Of a stretch of 64,000 nucleotides of DNA, positions 40,466 to 48,434 are shown piece after piece; position 1 is the stretch's first letter; each line of letters starts with the position of its first letter. The position numbers and the translations under genes were made by a program. The DNA comes from a virus. The notes under the pieces are model-generated. The model was not told the DNA's origin. It saw only the letters and a list, made by a program, of their open reading frames with translations, and made no database searches. Where the stretch lies: positions 14,151-78,150 of the IMG/VR virus record IMGVR_UViG_3300030103_005573; one strand, given 5' to 3'.

Positions 40466-40921
40466 TTATTGAGAATTAGCATCATACCCAAGTGATTCAT
40501 CAGTAATACTTAGGCGATAATGCCTATCAACATAACCAAATAAATTAAGAGCACTATTTTGGTCGGCTTTGGCATAAATTGCTACGTCTTTGTGAGGAAT
40601 GCCAGGGTAGACCTGGATTAAACCCACTTCCTTATCAACATCTATAACAATTGTCTTAGAAGCATCTGTAAAATCCCCAGTTCCACCTATCTCTAAAGTC
40701 AAGATTCTATCGTTAGAACTACTATAATTTGATACCCATAAAAACACTTCATCATAGGCATAATTAGCTGCCTGGTGCACTAAAACCCCACCAGTAGTTA
40801 AGACAAGAGGAGAGGTATCAGAATCCCCCGATAATCCTATTCTAGCGACTCTGGTTGGGCTTTGTTTATATGCAGTACCCGATATTGTTGGTGCGGGTGG
40901 TTGTTTTCCTAATCTAGTCAT
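40466..40921 (-). CDS. Hypothetical beta-rich (probably structural) protein
   Basis: 151 aa, AGGAG RBS, late-type motif upstream. Confidence 0.55.
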   Translation of the reverse strand: MTRLGKQPPAPTISGTAYKQSPTRVARIGLSGDSDTSPLVLTTGGVLVHQAANYAYDEVFLWVSNYSSSNDRILTLEIGGTGDFTDASKTIVIDVDKEVGLIQVYPGIPHKDVAIYAKADQNSALNLFGYVDRHYRLSITDESLGYDANSQ

Positions 40922-40957
40922 AGAAATCTCCTGGAGCTTCTATAAATATCTTATGAA

Positions 40958-41137
40958 TTATATTTTTTCATCTCCGTAGATGTTTAATGTAATGACACCT
41001 CTAGGTGATTCGGGTTGAGGATATGCTTGACTAGGCTCTGGATAGATTTCTAGAGGTAATTCTAAACTCCTCTCTGAAAGGGGTTTTTGTTTTGGTTTTT
41101 TTATAACAACAATTACAGGCTTATAATGTCCCGGCAT
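40958..41137 (-). CDS. Small Pro-rich hypothetical protein
   Basis: Probable start MPGHYKP with a GGAG RBS, inside the 84 aa track ORF. Confidence 0.5.
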   Translation of the reverse strand: MPGHYKPVIVVIKKPKQKPLSERSLELPLEIYPEPSQAYPQPESPRGVITLNIYGDEKI

Positions 41138-41153
41138 CGTGTCTCTCCAAAAA

Positions 41154-42086
41154 TTATCTAGGAGAAAAAACATCTCCCATATTTTTAACGCTCTGAATAT
41201 GGAAATATTCACTCATTTTTTTATGTAGTTTTTGACTCATTTCTAACATTTGTACATCTGTTTTGTCCACATTCTTATTCATTCTAGCCCACACTTTCAT
41301 TTCTGCTTGGGCGATGGAATTTTTAAGGAAAACTTTAATAGCCATCAATGGAGATGCTACACCAATATTCTCCATAGATCTATATCCAGCAAAGATGTTT
41401 CCGATCAATTCATTATTGATATTCATGATAGGAGAACCGCTGCTTCCGGGCTTAGTTGGCATACTATACATGGCATACCCTTCTGGCGAATACCCTGTAA
41501 AGTATCCATCAAAAGTTAATACCATCCTGGGAAATACAATTCCATGAGGTGCGGCCATATTGTAAGCTAACTCTCCACGCTTGGGGGATGATTTAGCAAC
41601 TTTAAGAACAGGAGGCTTTACTAGTACTGACCCTACCTCTAACAAACAGAGATCAAATCTTTTATCTATAGCTACCACAGAAGCTTGATGTCTAAAGCCA
41701 TTATAATCAATTACAGTAAATTTTTGACCAAGGTGAGTTACTACCACACCATCAATTTTTCTCTCGGGAACAAATGTACTTCTACAAGAATGTCCAGCGG
41801 TAAGAGCGTAACTTACACCAGTGTCAACCTCACTATGTTTGATAAATGACCCAGAAGAAACGGCTCTTGAGGTAGCATTTTGACATTTAATCTTATTATT
41901 TTTATCTAATTCACAACCTTTCCAATGTGTATCACTGCGTAATTGTATAAATGATTGTACCGGAAAATTATGTCTTATTGGCTTTACATGATTAGGTGTA
42001 GCGCAGGCAGAAGAGCAACTTGTGACCATAATATACAACAGGGTGATTGAACACACTCGCAGGGCATCGGTAAATATACGCATCAT
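41154..42086 (-). CDS. Secreted/lipoprotein trypsin-like serine protease
   Basis: Catalytic triad LTAGHSC / DLCLL / PGSSGSP; N-terminal hydrophobic signal with Cys. Confidence 0.85.
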   Translation of the reverse strand: MMRIFTDALRVCSITLLYIMVTSCSSACATPNHVKPIRHNFPVQSFIQLRSDTHWKGCELDKNNKIKCQNATSRAVSSGSFIKHSEVDTGVSYALTAGHSCRSTFVPERKIDGVVVTHLGQKFTVIDYNGFRHQASVVAIDKRFDLCLLEVGSVLVKPPVLKVAKSSPKRGELAYNMAAPHGIVFPRMVLTFDGYFTGYSPEGYAMYSMPTKPGSSGSPIMNINNELIGNIFAGYRSMENIGVASPLMAIKVFLKNSIAQAEMKVWARMNKNVDKTDVQMLEMSQKLHKKMSEYFHIQSVKNMGDVFSPR

Positions 42087-42172
42087 AAAATAACTATTTC
42101 CGAATTGGGACTTTCTGTCTATATAAGTTGTATTATTTTAATACTATCCTATAATAAAGAAGGTATAACAAG

Positions 42173-42472
42173 ATGTTGTTACAAATGAAATCCCTCTTCA
42201 AGTCAGTCGCTATCATATTAGCGGCTTTAGTTTTATTTACCCAAAATGCTTATGGCAACGATGAGCAAACAACCATTAAACCAGTCTGGGAAAAAATAAA
42301 TGGGGAGTGGAAATTTAACAATGAAACTAAAAACTCGTACCAAAGTTTAGTCTATGTTATTACAACAACTAAGAATAATTCAACAAAAAACATACTTACT
42401 AAAGAGATGGTCAAACTTCCGTTCGTTTTAATTCTAGATGGACACAAAAAAGAAGGACTATCATTACACTAA
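42173..42472 (+). CDS. Small secreted protein
   Basis: Signal peptide ending ...QNAYG; first gene of the plus-strand island. Confidence 0.6.
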   Translation: MLLQMKSLFKSVAIILAALVLFTQNAYGNDEQTTIKPVWEKINGEWKFNNETKNSYQSLVYVITTTKNNSTKNILTKEMVKLPFVLILDGHKKEGLSLH

Positions 42473-42489
42473 AATATTGGGAGTAGAAA

Positions 42490-42975
42490 ATGATAAGAGT
42501 ATTAACACGTAAAAGGGTACTCTTATTTATTCTAGGAATTGTCTCCCTTTTAGCTGCCTCTCTGATATATTATAACAGTATTAAGCCCGAACTTGTTCTA
42601 TCGGGGGATGTCACATATTATCTCCCAGGACAAAGAAGCAATTGCCAGTGGGTCATGCAGGCAGATCACAACTTATATAACACACCTGGTGAGACTACCG
42701 AGATTCGCATAGGAATTCCCTCTGCTCAAAAAATGGGGTTTATCAGTGGAAGAGTAGAGGTCGGACCTCACAATACCTTAATCTTAGCTTTTATACCACC
42801 TGGAAAATCTAAAGATAAGATTCCTGTAGTATTGACTGCTGATTACTCAGAAAAAACATTGCCTATTGATTTTGTTCGTTTCAGATGGGCACAAAGTAGT
42901 GCCATAACTATACTTTTATTTTCTAGTAAAAATAAATGTTTATCGTCAATTCCAGCTAGCGGTTTAACAAAATGA
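42490..42975 (+). CDS. Membrane-anchored hypothetical protein
   Basis: GGAG RBS, N-terminal TM helix, overlaps next gene (ATGA). Confidence 0.65.
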   Translation: MIRVLTRKRVLLFILGIVSLLAASLIYYNSIKPELVLSGDVTYYLPGQRSNCQWVMQADHNLYNTPGETTEIRIGIPSAQKMGFISGRVEVGPHNTLILAFIPPGKSKDKIPVVLTADYSEKTLPIDFVRFRWAQSSAITILLFSSKNKCLSSIPASGLTK

Positions 42976-44219
42976 GATTAATTAAAATCCTACCTGCACT
43001 ACTATTGTTTTTTGCATGTGAGGAGGATCGCCTAGTAAAATTAGAATGTGTACCTGGTGAAAAACTTGTGTGCGATGAACATGGGCAGGATTTTCCTGCG
43101 GCGGACCCTGTTGATATTGCAAAACGAGCAGGTCAATGTTCTTATGGTATAAAAACATGCACGGTAAGAGGATGGTCAGAATGCATAGGAGCACAAGGAC
43201 CTACTGATGAAATATGTGATGGAATAGATAACGACTGTGATGCCATAATTGATGAAACTTATCCAGAAGAACACCAACTTTGTGGATTTGAAGAGAATAT
43301 AGATTATGGAGTTGGTATATGTAAACCAGGAGTTATGAGTTGTTATAATGGAGTTTTATATTGTGGTGGACATGTCGGACCTACTGATGAAATTTGTGAT
43401 GGTGTTGATAATAATTGTGATGGCACTATAGATGAAGGCATTGCTAACTCCACAGCAATCGTATGTTATGAAGGTCCAGATGGAACTCTGGGTGTTGGAG
43501 AATGCAGGGCAGGAATTAGATATTGTACAGATGGATCTTTTGGTGGACCATGTGACAGTCAAATTTTGCCAGTATTAGAACGATGTGATAATTTAGATAA
43601 TGATTGTGATGGAGAAGTTGATGAGGGATTTGACACCCGTGGTGTAGATTTAGTTTTTGTTATTGATATCTCCGGTTCGTTTAGGGATGAGATAGACTCA
43701 ATGGTACAAGGTATTACTCCCCTTTTAGACGACCCGATAACGAGCACATTTCGCTTTGGACTCGTTGTCGTAGGTGCTAGGGCAGGTGACGACCTAAGAC
43801 CCGCATATCACCTCGCAAGAATGGTGTCTGATTTTGTTCCCGCTGATGAGTTTTTGGCTGTAATAGAAGCTGGAAGAATGGTTCCAAGTGCTGGACAAGA
43901 GCCAACAGTAGATACAATGTATTGGTCAATGAATGAATATCCATTTTCATGGAGGACAGGTGCACAAAAAGTTATTATAACAATGACGGACGAAGAAGCT
44001 CAAACAACATTCTCACACCCAAGGACTTGTTTTGAGGTAGCAGAGCACGCAGATAATCTTGGATTTGAATTATTTGTTTTCGCTCTCCAACAACACCACA
44101 ATACATTTATAAATTGTGTTAGGGGCAGGAGAGATAGGTTATATACTCCTACAGCAAATTCAGAAACTGTATTTCTACAGATCAGAGCTATTTTTGAGGA
44201 TCTTTGTATGGGAGGGTAA
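42972..44219 (+). CDS. Lipoprotein with Cys/Asp-rich (MopE-like) repeats and a C-terminal von Willebrand A domain
   Basis: Lipobox LLFFAC; three E(I/R)CD(G/N)xDN(D/N)CDxxxDE repeats; DLVFVIDISGS MIDAS motif, MTDEE. Confidence 0.85.
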   Translation: MRLIKILPALLLFFACEEDRLVKLECVPGEKLVCDEHGQDFPAADPVDIAKRAGQCSYGIKTCTVRGWSECIGAQGPTDEICDGIDNDCDAIIDETYPEEHQLCGFEENIDYGVGICKPGVMSCYNGVLYCGGHVGPTDEICDGVDNNCDGTIDEGIANSTAIVCYEGPDGTLGVGECRAGIRYCTDGSFGGPCDSQILPVLERCDNLDNDCDGEVDEGFDTRGVDLVFVIDISGSFRDEIDSMVQGITPLLDDPITSTFRFGLVVVGARAGDDLRPAYHLARMVSDFVPADEFLAVIEAGRMVPSAGQEPTVDTMYWSMNEYPFSWRTGAQKVIITMTDEEAQTTFSHPRTCFEVAEHADNLGFELFVFALQQHHNTFINCVRGRRDRLYTPTANSETVFLQIRAIFEDLCMGG

Positions 44220-44606
44220 TTACTCTTCTTTTTTATCTTCCCCGAAAGACATTTCTACAGTCTCTTTACCTTTCTCAAAGGCAAAACCCATGTTGCCATT
44301 CGGCGTTATGAATGATGTACCTTTCCCATCTTCATCATTTTCTAATTCTGAATACATATAGGTTTCTACGTTTTTTCGTAGTTGTTTGGTTTTTAAATAC
44401 ATATCTTTAAAAAGGTCTTCAAGTTCTTTAGATTTTTGTAAAGATTTCTTAGGGTCCCCATGCTTTAGACTTGCAAGAAGAAGTGGTATGACATCTGGGT
44501 GTCTTCTCTCAAAAGCCTCAATAGAATCTAGTGCCAATAGATGAAGAAATTTACCAGCTTTATAGTTTTTAATGTTTAACTTAAGTTCTATGTCTTTAAC
44601 TTTCAT
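44220..44606 (-). CDS. Hypothetical protein
   Basis: 128 aa, GGGAG RBS. Confidence 0.6.
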   Translation of the reverse strand: MKVKDIELKLNIKNYKAGKFLHLLALDSIEAFERRHPDVIPLLLASLKHGDPKKSLQKSKELEDLFKDMYLKTKQLRKNVETYMYSELENDEDGKGTSFITPNGNMGFAFEKGKETVEMSFGEDKKEE

Positions 44607-44633
44607 TTAATTCTCCCTGTAGGGTTTTTCTAA

Positions 44634-45182
44634 TTAGTAATTATCTTCCACATGTTTCTTAATTTGTGCTCTTATAGCTTCTTTTTCTTCCTCTGTTTCC
44701 GCATTTGCCCAGCCCCATGCCAACGTAGCTCTCATATTGTCTGATTTATGCGATCCATCTTTAATATAGTTTTCTAACTCTCCTGAGATCTCATCTGCAT
44801 CTATATCATCTGTTTTGATTTTTAGAGTAGATGCGATAACAAACAGTGTAGCCATATCACATTCTTCATAAGCTTCAGAAGCCTGAGAGAAGTACTCTGT
44901 TAAAACTTCTGAGTCTACTTTATCTGGGTGTGTAGCTTTTGAGATTCTTCTGTATAACTTTTTCATATCTCTGGTAGGCGTTGGTTTTTTCTTTTCTGTT
45001 TCTTCCAACGATGACGGAGCAGTATTCTTTTTTGCAGACTCTATCATTCTTTTATATTCTTCTGGAAAATCTTTATAGAACTGTTCTTTAAACTTCATGA
45101 AGAGATCTGTGGTTTCCTCCAAATCCTCAGAGACATATTGTGCCTTAAATACTAACTTTTTAATGTTTGGCTTTTTTGGCAT
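44634..45182 (-). CDS. J-domain (DnaJ-like) protein
   Basis: MKKLYRRISKATHPDKV...FSQASEAYE: helix-HPD-helix of a J domain. Confidence 0.7.
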   Translation of the reverse strand: MPKKPNIKKLVFKAQYVSEDLEETTDLFMKFKEQFYKDFPEEYKRMIESAKKNTAPSSLEETEKKKPTPTRDMKKLYRRISKATHPDKVDSEVLTEYFSQASEAYEECDMATLFVIASTLKIKTDDIDADEISGELENYIKDGSHKSDNMRATLAWGWANAETEEEKEAIRAQIKKHVEDNY

Positions 45183-45198
45183 ATAATAAATATCCTTT

Positions 45199-45233
45199 AA
45201 AAAAAGAAAGGGGCAGCCGAAGCCGCCCCTTTC
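45199..45233 (-). terminator. Rho-independent terminator after the Ala-rich gene trio
   Basis: GAAAGGGGCGGC-TTCG-GCTGCCCCTTTC followed by a T-run. Confidence 0.85.
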
Positions 45234-45273
45234 AAATAAAACTATAGACTGTCTAGATGAAGTTAAACTTCAA

Positions 45274-46797
45274 TTAGCCAGGCTGAACTTCTAGTTGCAT
45301 GACGTTCTCAGCACCAGATGTATTGTATTCAAAGACCAAGTGGACTTTATCAACACCATCTTCAAGTTTGAGAGTACCGCCATCAGAGCCGTCACCGTCA
45401 AACTTAAACTTAGCAGCAAACGCATCAATGTTACCTTGTAGTGCATTATCAGCAGCAAGACGGTCACCTTCTTCAATCCCAATGCTAGTAGCAATACCAC
45501 TATCAGCGACTTGACGAATGTTAGTCTGATTTGCTTCAGCAGTACCACGAGCAGCAGTTTCTGCATCAATCTCAGCCTGAATACCATTGTCACCAGAGAT
45601 GCGTAGTGCTTCTTCACTGTCAACAGCAAGAGAGCGAACACCTTCTTCTGCGGTGTTTGCTGCAATTGCAGCAGCCTTAGCAGAGGACATGCCAGCTTCT
45701 TCAGTAGAAACGTCGGCAGAGCGGTTGGCTGATTCTGTTGCTATAGCAGCCATCAAAACACCATTAGCATTTAGACGAGCAACTTTTTCTGAAGACATCG
45801 CTGCTTCCATGGTAGAAATTTCAGATGAAAGAGCACCAGAAAGAACTACATCGCCCGAAAGCATAGAAGAGTTCTCAGCAGCAACAGCAGCGGCACGATC
45901 ACCAGCTTCAGAAGCTACGTTACCAGCGATGACTGCATCAGCAGCTTCATAAGCTGCCTTCTCAACAGAAAGAGCATCTTTACGATCAAGAGTTTCTTGA
46001 CCAACGAGAACACCGATAGAAGAATCAGCATCACCACGAGCAGTAGCTTCAGCAGCTACGCCTGCAATTCTTGCAGCTTCTTGTGTATCAATATCACCCT
46101 GGATTGCAGCATCACCAGCAGCACGAGCAGTAGCTTCGGCAGTGACAGCAGCAGCACGAGCTACTTCAGCGTCATCAATGTCACCAGAGATGCCGGCATC
46201 AGCAGTAAGACGTGCAGCTTTTTCAGTTGACGAAGCAGCGGCACGAGCAGTTTCTTGTGCGTCAATTTGACCACTTAGAGTAGCATCATCAGCAGCACGC
46301 TTGGATGCTTGAGCAGTTACCTCAGAAGCACGATTAGTAGCTTCATCAGCAATACGTGTCTCCATGGAAAGGTCAGCAGCAGAGCGCAAAGCAGCTTCAG
46401 CAGCTAGATCAGCGATACGTTCTGCTACCGCACTAGACAAGTCGCCAGACAAGGACGAATCCATTGCTTCACGAGCAGCTTTTTCTACGGACAATGCAGA
46501 AGACTGATCACCAGCTTCAGAGTCAATGTTACCCTGAATAACTGTATCAGCATCACCACGGGATGTAACTTCACTAGCGAGAGCAGAGTTTTCATCACCC
46601 TCTTCTGTGGCTAGATTAGCAGAAAGAACGTTACGTGCAGCCAATTCAGCAGTAAACGCATCATTCAAGGAGTGATCTCCACCTGCGGGGTTAGCAACCT
46701 GTAAGACTTCTGCTAGTTCACCAGCAGATTCAATCATCTTTTTCTGAAGGACTAATCCGCTACCGGATGAATCCTCAATATATACATTTTTTGGCAT
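45274..46797 (-). CDS. Ala-rich long coiled-coil fibre protein, paralog 3
   Basis: 507 aa; N-terminal YIxxxxxSGLVLQKKM motif; 18+11 residue ExxAR repeats; short beta C-terminus; AAGGAG RBS. Confidence 0.8.
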   Translation of the reverse strand: MPKNVYIEDSSGSGLVLQKKMIESAGELAEVLQVANPAGGDHSLNDAFTAELAARNVLSANLATEEGDENSALASEVTSRGDADTVIQGNIDSEAGDQSSALSVEKAAREAMDSSLSGDLSSAVAERIADLAAEAALRSAADLSMETRIADEATNRASEVTAQASKRAADDATLSGQIDAQETARAAASSTEKAARLTADAGISGDIDDAEVARAAAVTAEATARAAGDAAIQGDIDTQEAARIAGVAAEATARGDADSSIGVLVGQETLDRKDALSVEKAAYEAADAVIAGNVASEAGDRAAAVAAENSSMLSGDVVLSGALSSEISTMEAAMSSEKVARLNANGVLMAAIATESANRSADVSTEEAGMSSAKAAAIAANTAEEGVRSLAVDSEEALRISGDNGIQAEIDAETAARGTAEANQTNIRQVADSGIATSIGIEEGDRLAADNALQGNIDAFAAKFKFDGDGSDGGTLKLEDGVDKVHLVFEYNTSGAENVMQLEVQPG

Positions 46798-46842
46798 TTT
46801 ATTTTTATCTCCTTATAAAATGTTTTTGTTAATTGCTATCCC

Positions 46843-48372
46843 TTATGCACCCTTGTGGAGTTCTAAGAGAACAACACCGCTAACAGTCTTGTAATTCATA
46901 CGAACAACATCACTACCATCGGTGAGAGTTAGGTTAGAACCAGCACCAACTGCTGGAGCACCACTGTAGCCAAACTTGTTATCAAGTGAAGTAATTGAGT
47001 CACCCATTGCAGTATCACCTGCAACACGAGCAGCTATAGCATCATCAAGATCACTTTGTAGTGAAAGATCAGCAGATCCACGAGCAGCAGACTCAGTAGT
47101 AATGTATGCAGCCATTGCTGTGTTTTCAGCAGCAATGTTATCACTTAGAGTAACATCACCAGCAGCACGAGCAGTTTCTTCAGCAGCAACATCCGCTACA
47201 CGAGCAGCGACCATTGCAGCAACATCAGCTTCTACATCAGCGACGTCGCCTGCACGGACAGTTGCAAGACTTGCAACAGCAGCAAGAGCAGCAGCCTCTT
47301 CGGTGTCAATGTCACCAGAGATACCAGCATCATCAGCAGCAGCACCAGCTTCTTCGGTAGATACCAAAGCTTCACGATCAACTACAGCACCAGAGATACT
47401 TGCAGATAGAGCCGCATCAGCAGCTTCACGAGCAGCCTTTTCTGTACTTACAGCAGCGGAACGTGCAGCTTCTTCATCAGAGATGAGAGTAGCGACAGAA
47501 ACGTCAGCAGCAGCACGATCAGATGCGTGACCAGTTACAGCAGACGCACGATCAGACTCTTCACTATCAATACCAGCAGAAAGGTTGGCATCACCTAGTT
47601 CACGAGCAGCCTTTTCAGAAGAGATCGCACCAGAGCGAGCAGCAGCTTCGGCAGCAATATTAGCAGCCAAAGAGGCGTCGCCAGCAACACGAGCGTCTTT
47701 TTCTACAGAAAGAGCAGCAAGACGTGCAGTTTCTTCAGCATCAATTTCACCCTGAAGGGCAAGATCAGCAGCCGCACGCTCAGAAGCTTCTAGAGCATGT
47801 TCAGCTACACGAGCTACTTTCTCAGAAGAGATCTGAGAAGCCATATCGTTGTCTTCGTTTCCACGAGAAAGAGCTTCAGCAGAAACAGCAGCACTACGTG
47901 CAGCGATTTCATCATCCTTAAGAGTAGCAACAGAGTTATCTGCGTTTGACATTGCATTAGCTTCAGCAGTTACAGCGTTAAAACGAGCATCGCTTTCATC
48001 ACCAAGTAAAACAGTTTGAGCATCGTCAGCACTGTCCATAGCAGCTTTCTCAGAAGAGATTGCAGCACTTGCAGCAGCTTTCATTGTGCTCAAGTTAGCA
48101 GTAAGAGTTGCATCATCAGCAGCACGAGTTACTCTTTCTGCCGCAGCAGCAGCAGAACGCTCACCAGCTTGAGTGGAAATTGCAGAGTCAATCGCATCAC
48201 GAAGATCTTTTTCAAGTGACAATTGTGCGTTGACGTCTTTATCATCAACGGCAGGTTCCGCAGCACCTGGCTCTAAAACCTTTAATAGAGAAGCTAGTTC
48301 GGATGAGTCCTGAACCATCTTCTTTTGTAGTACTAATCCGCTATCATCAGCGCCATTAATATATGTAGGCAT
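46843..48372 (-). CDS. Ala-rich long coiled-coil fibre protein, paralog 2
   Basis: 509 aa; same architecture; AAGGAGG RBS. Confidence 0.8.
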   Translation of the reverse strand: MPTYINGADDSGLVLQKKMVQDSSELASLLKVLEPGAAEPAVDDKDVNAQLSLEKDLRDAIDSAISTQAGERSAAAAAERVTRAADDATLTANLSTMKAAASAAISSEKAAMDSADDAQTVLLGDESDARFNAVTAEANAMSNADNSVATLKDDEIAARSAAVSAEALSRGNEDNDMASQISSEKVARVAEHALEASERAAADLALQGEIDAEETARLAALSVEKDARVAGDASLAANIAAEAAARSGAISSEKAARELGDANLSAGIDSEESDRASAVTGHASDRAAADVSVATLISDEEAARSAAVSTEKAAREAADAALSASISGAVVDREALVSTEEAGAAADDAGISGDIDTEEAAALAAVASLATVRAGDVADVEADVAAMVAARVADVAAEETARAAGDVTLSDNIAAENTAMAAYITTESAARGSADLSLQSDLDDAIAARVAGDTAMGDSITSLDNKFGYSGAPAVGAGSNLTLTDGSDVVRMNYKTVSGVVLLELHKGA

Positions 48373-48434
48373 ATTATTTCCTCCTTAGAAAATAAATTAT
48401 GTTATCATAAGAACCAATAAAAAGCTATCAGTTA

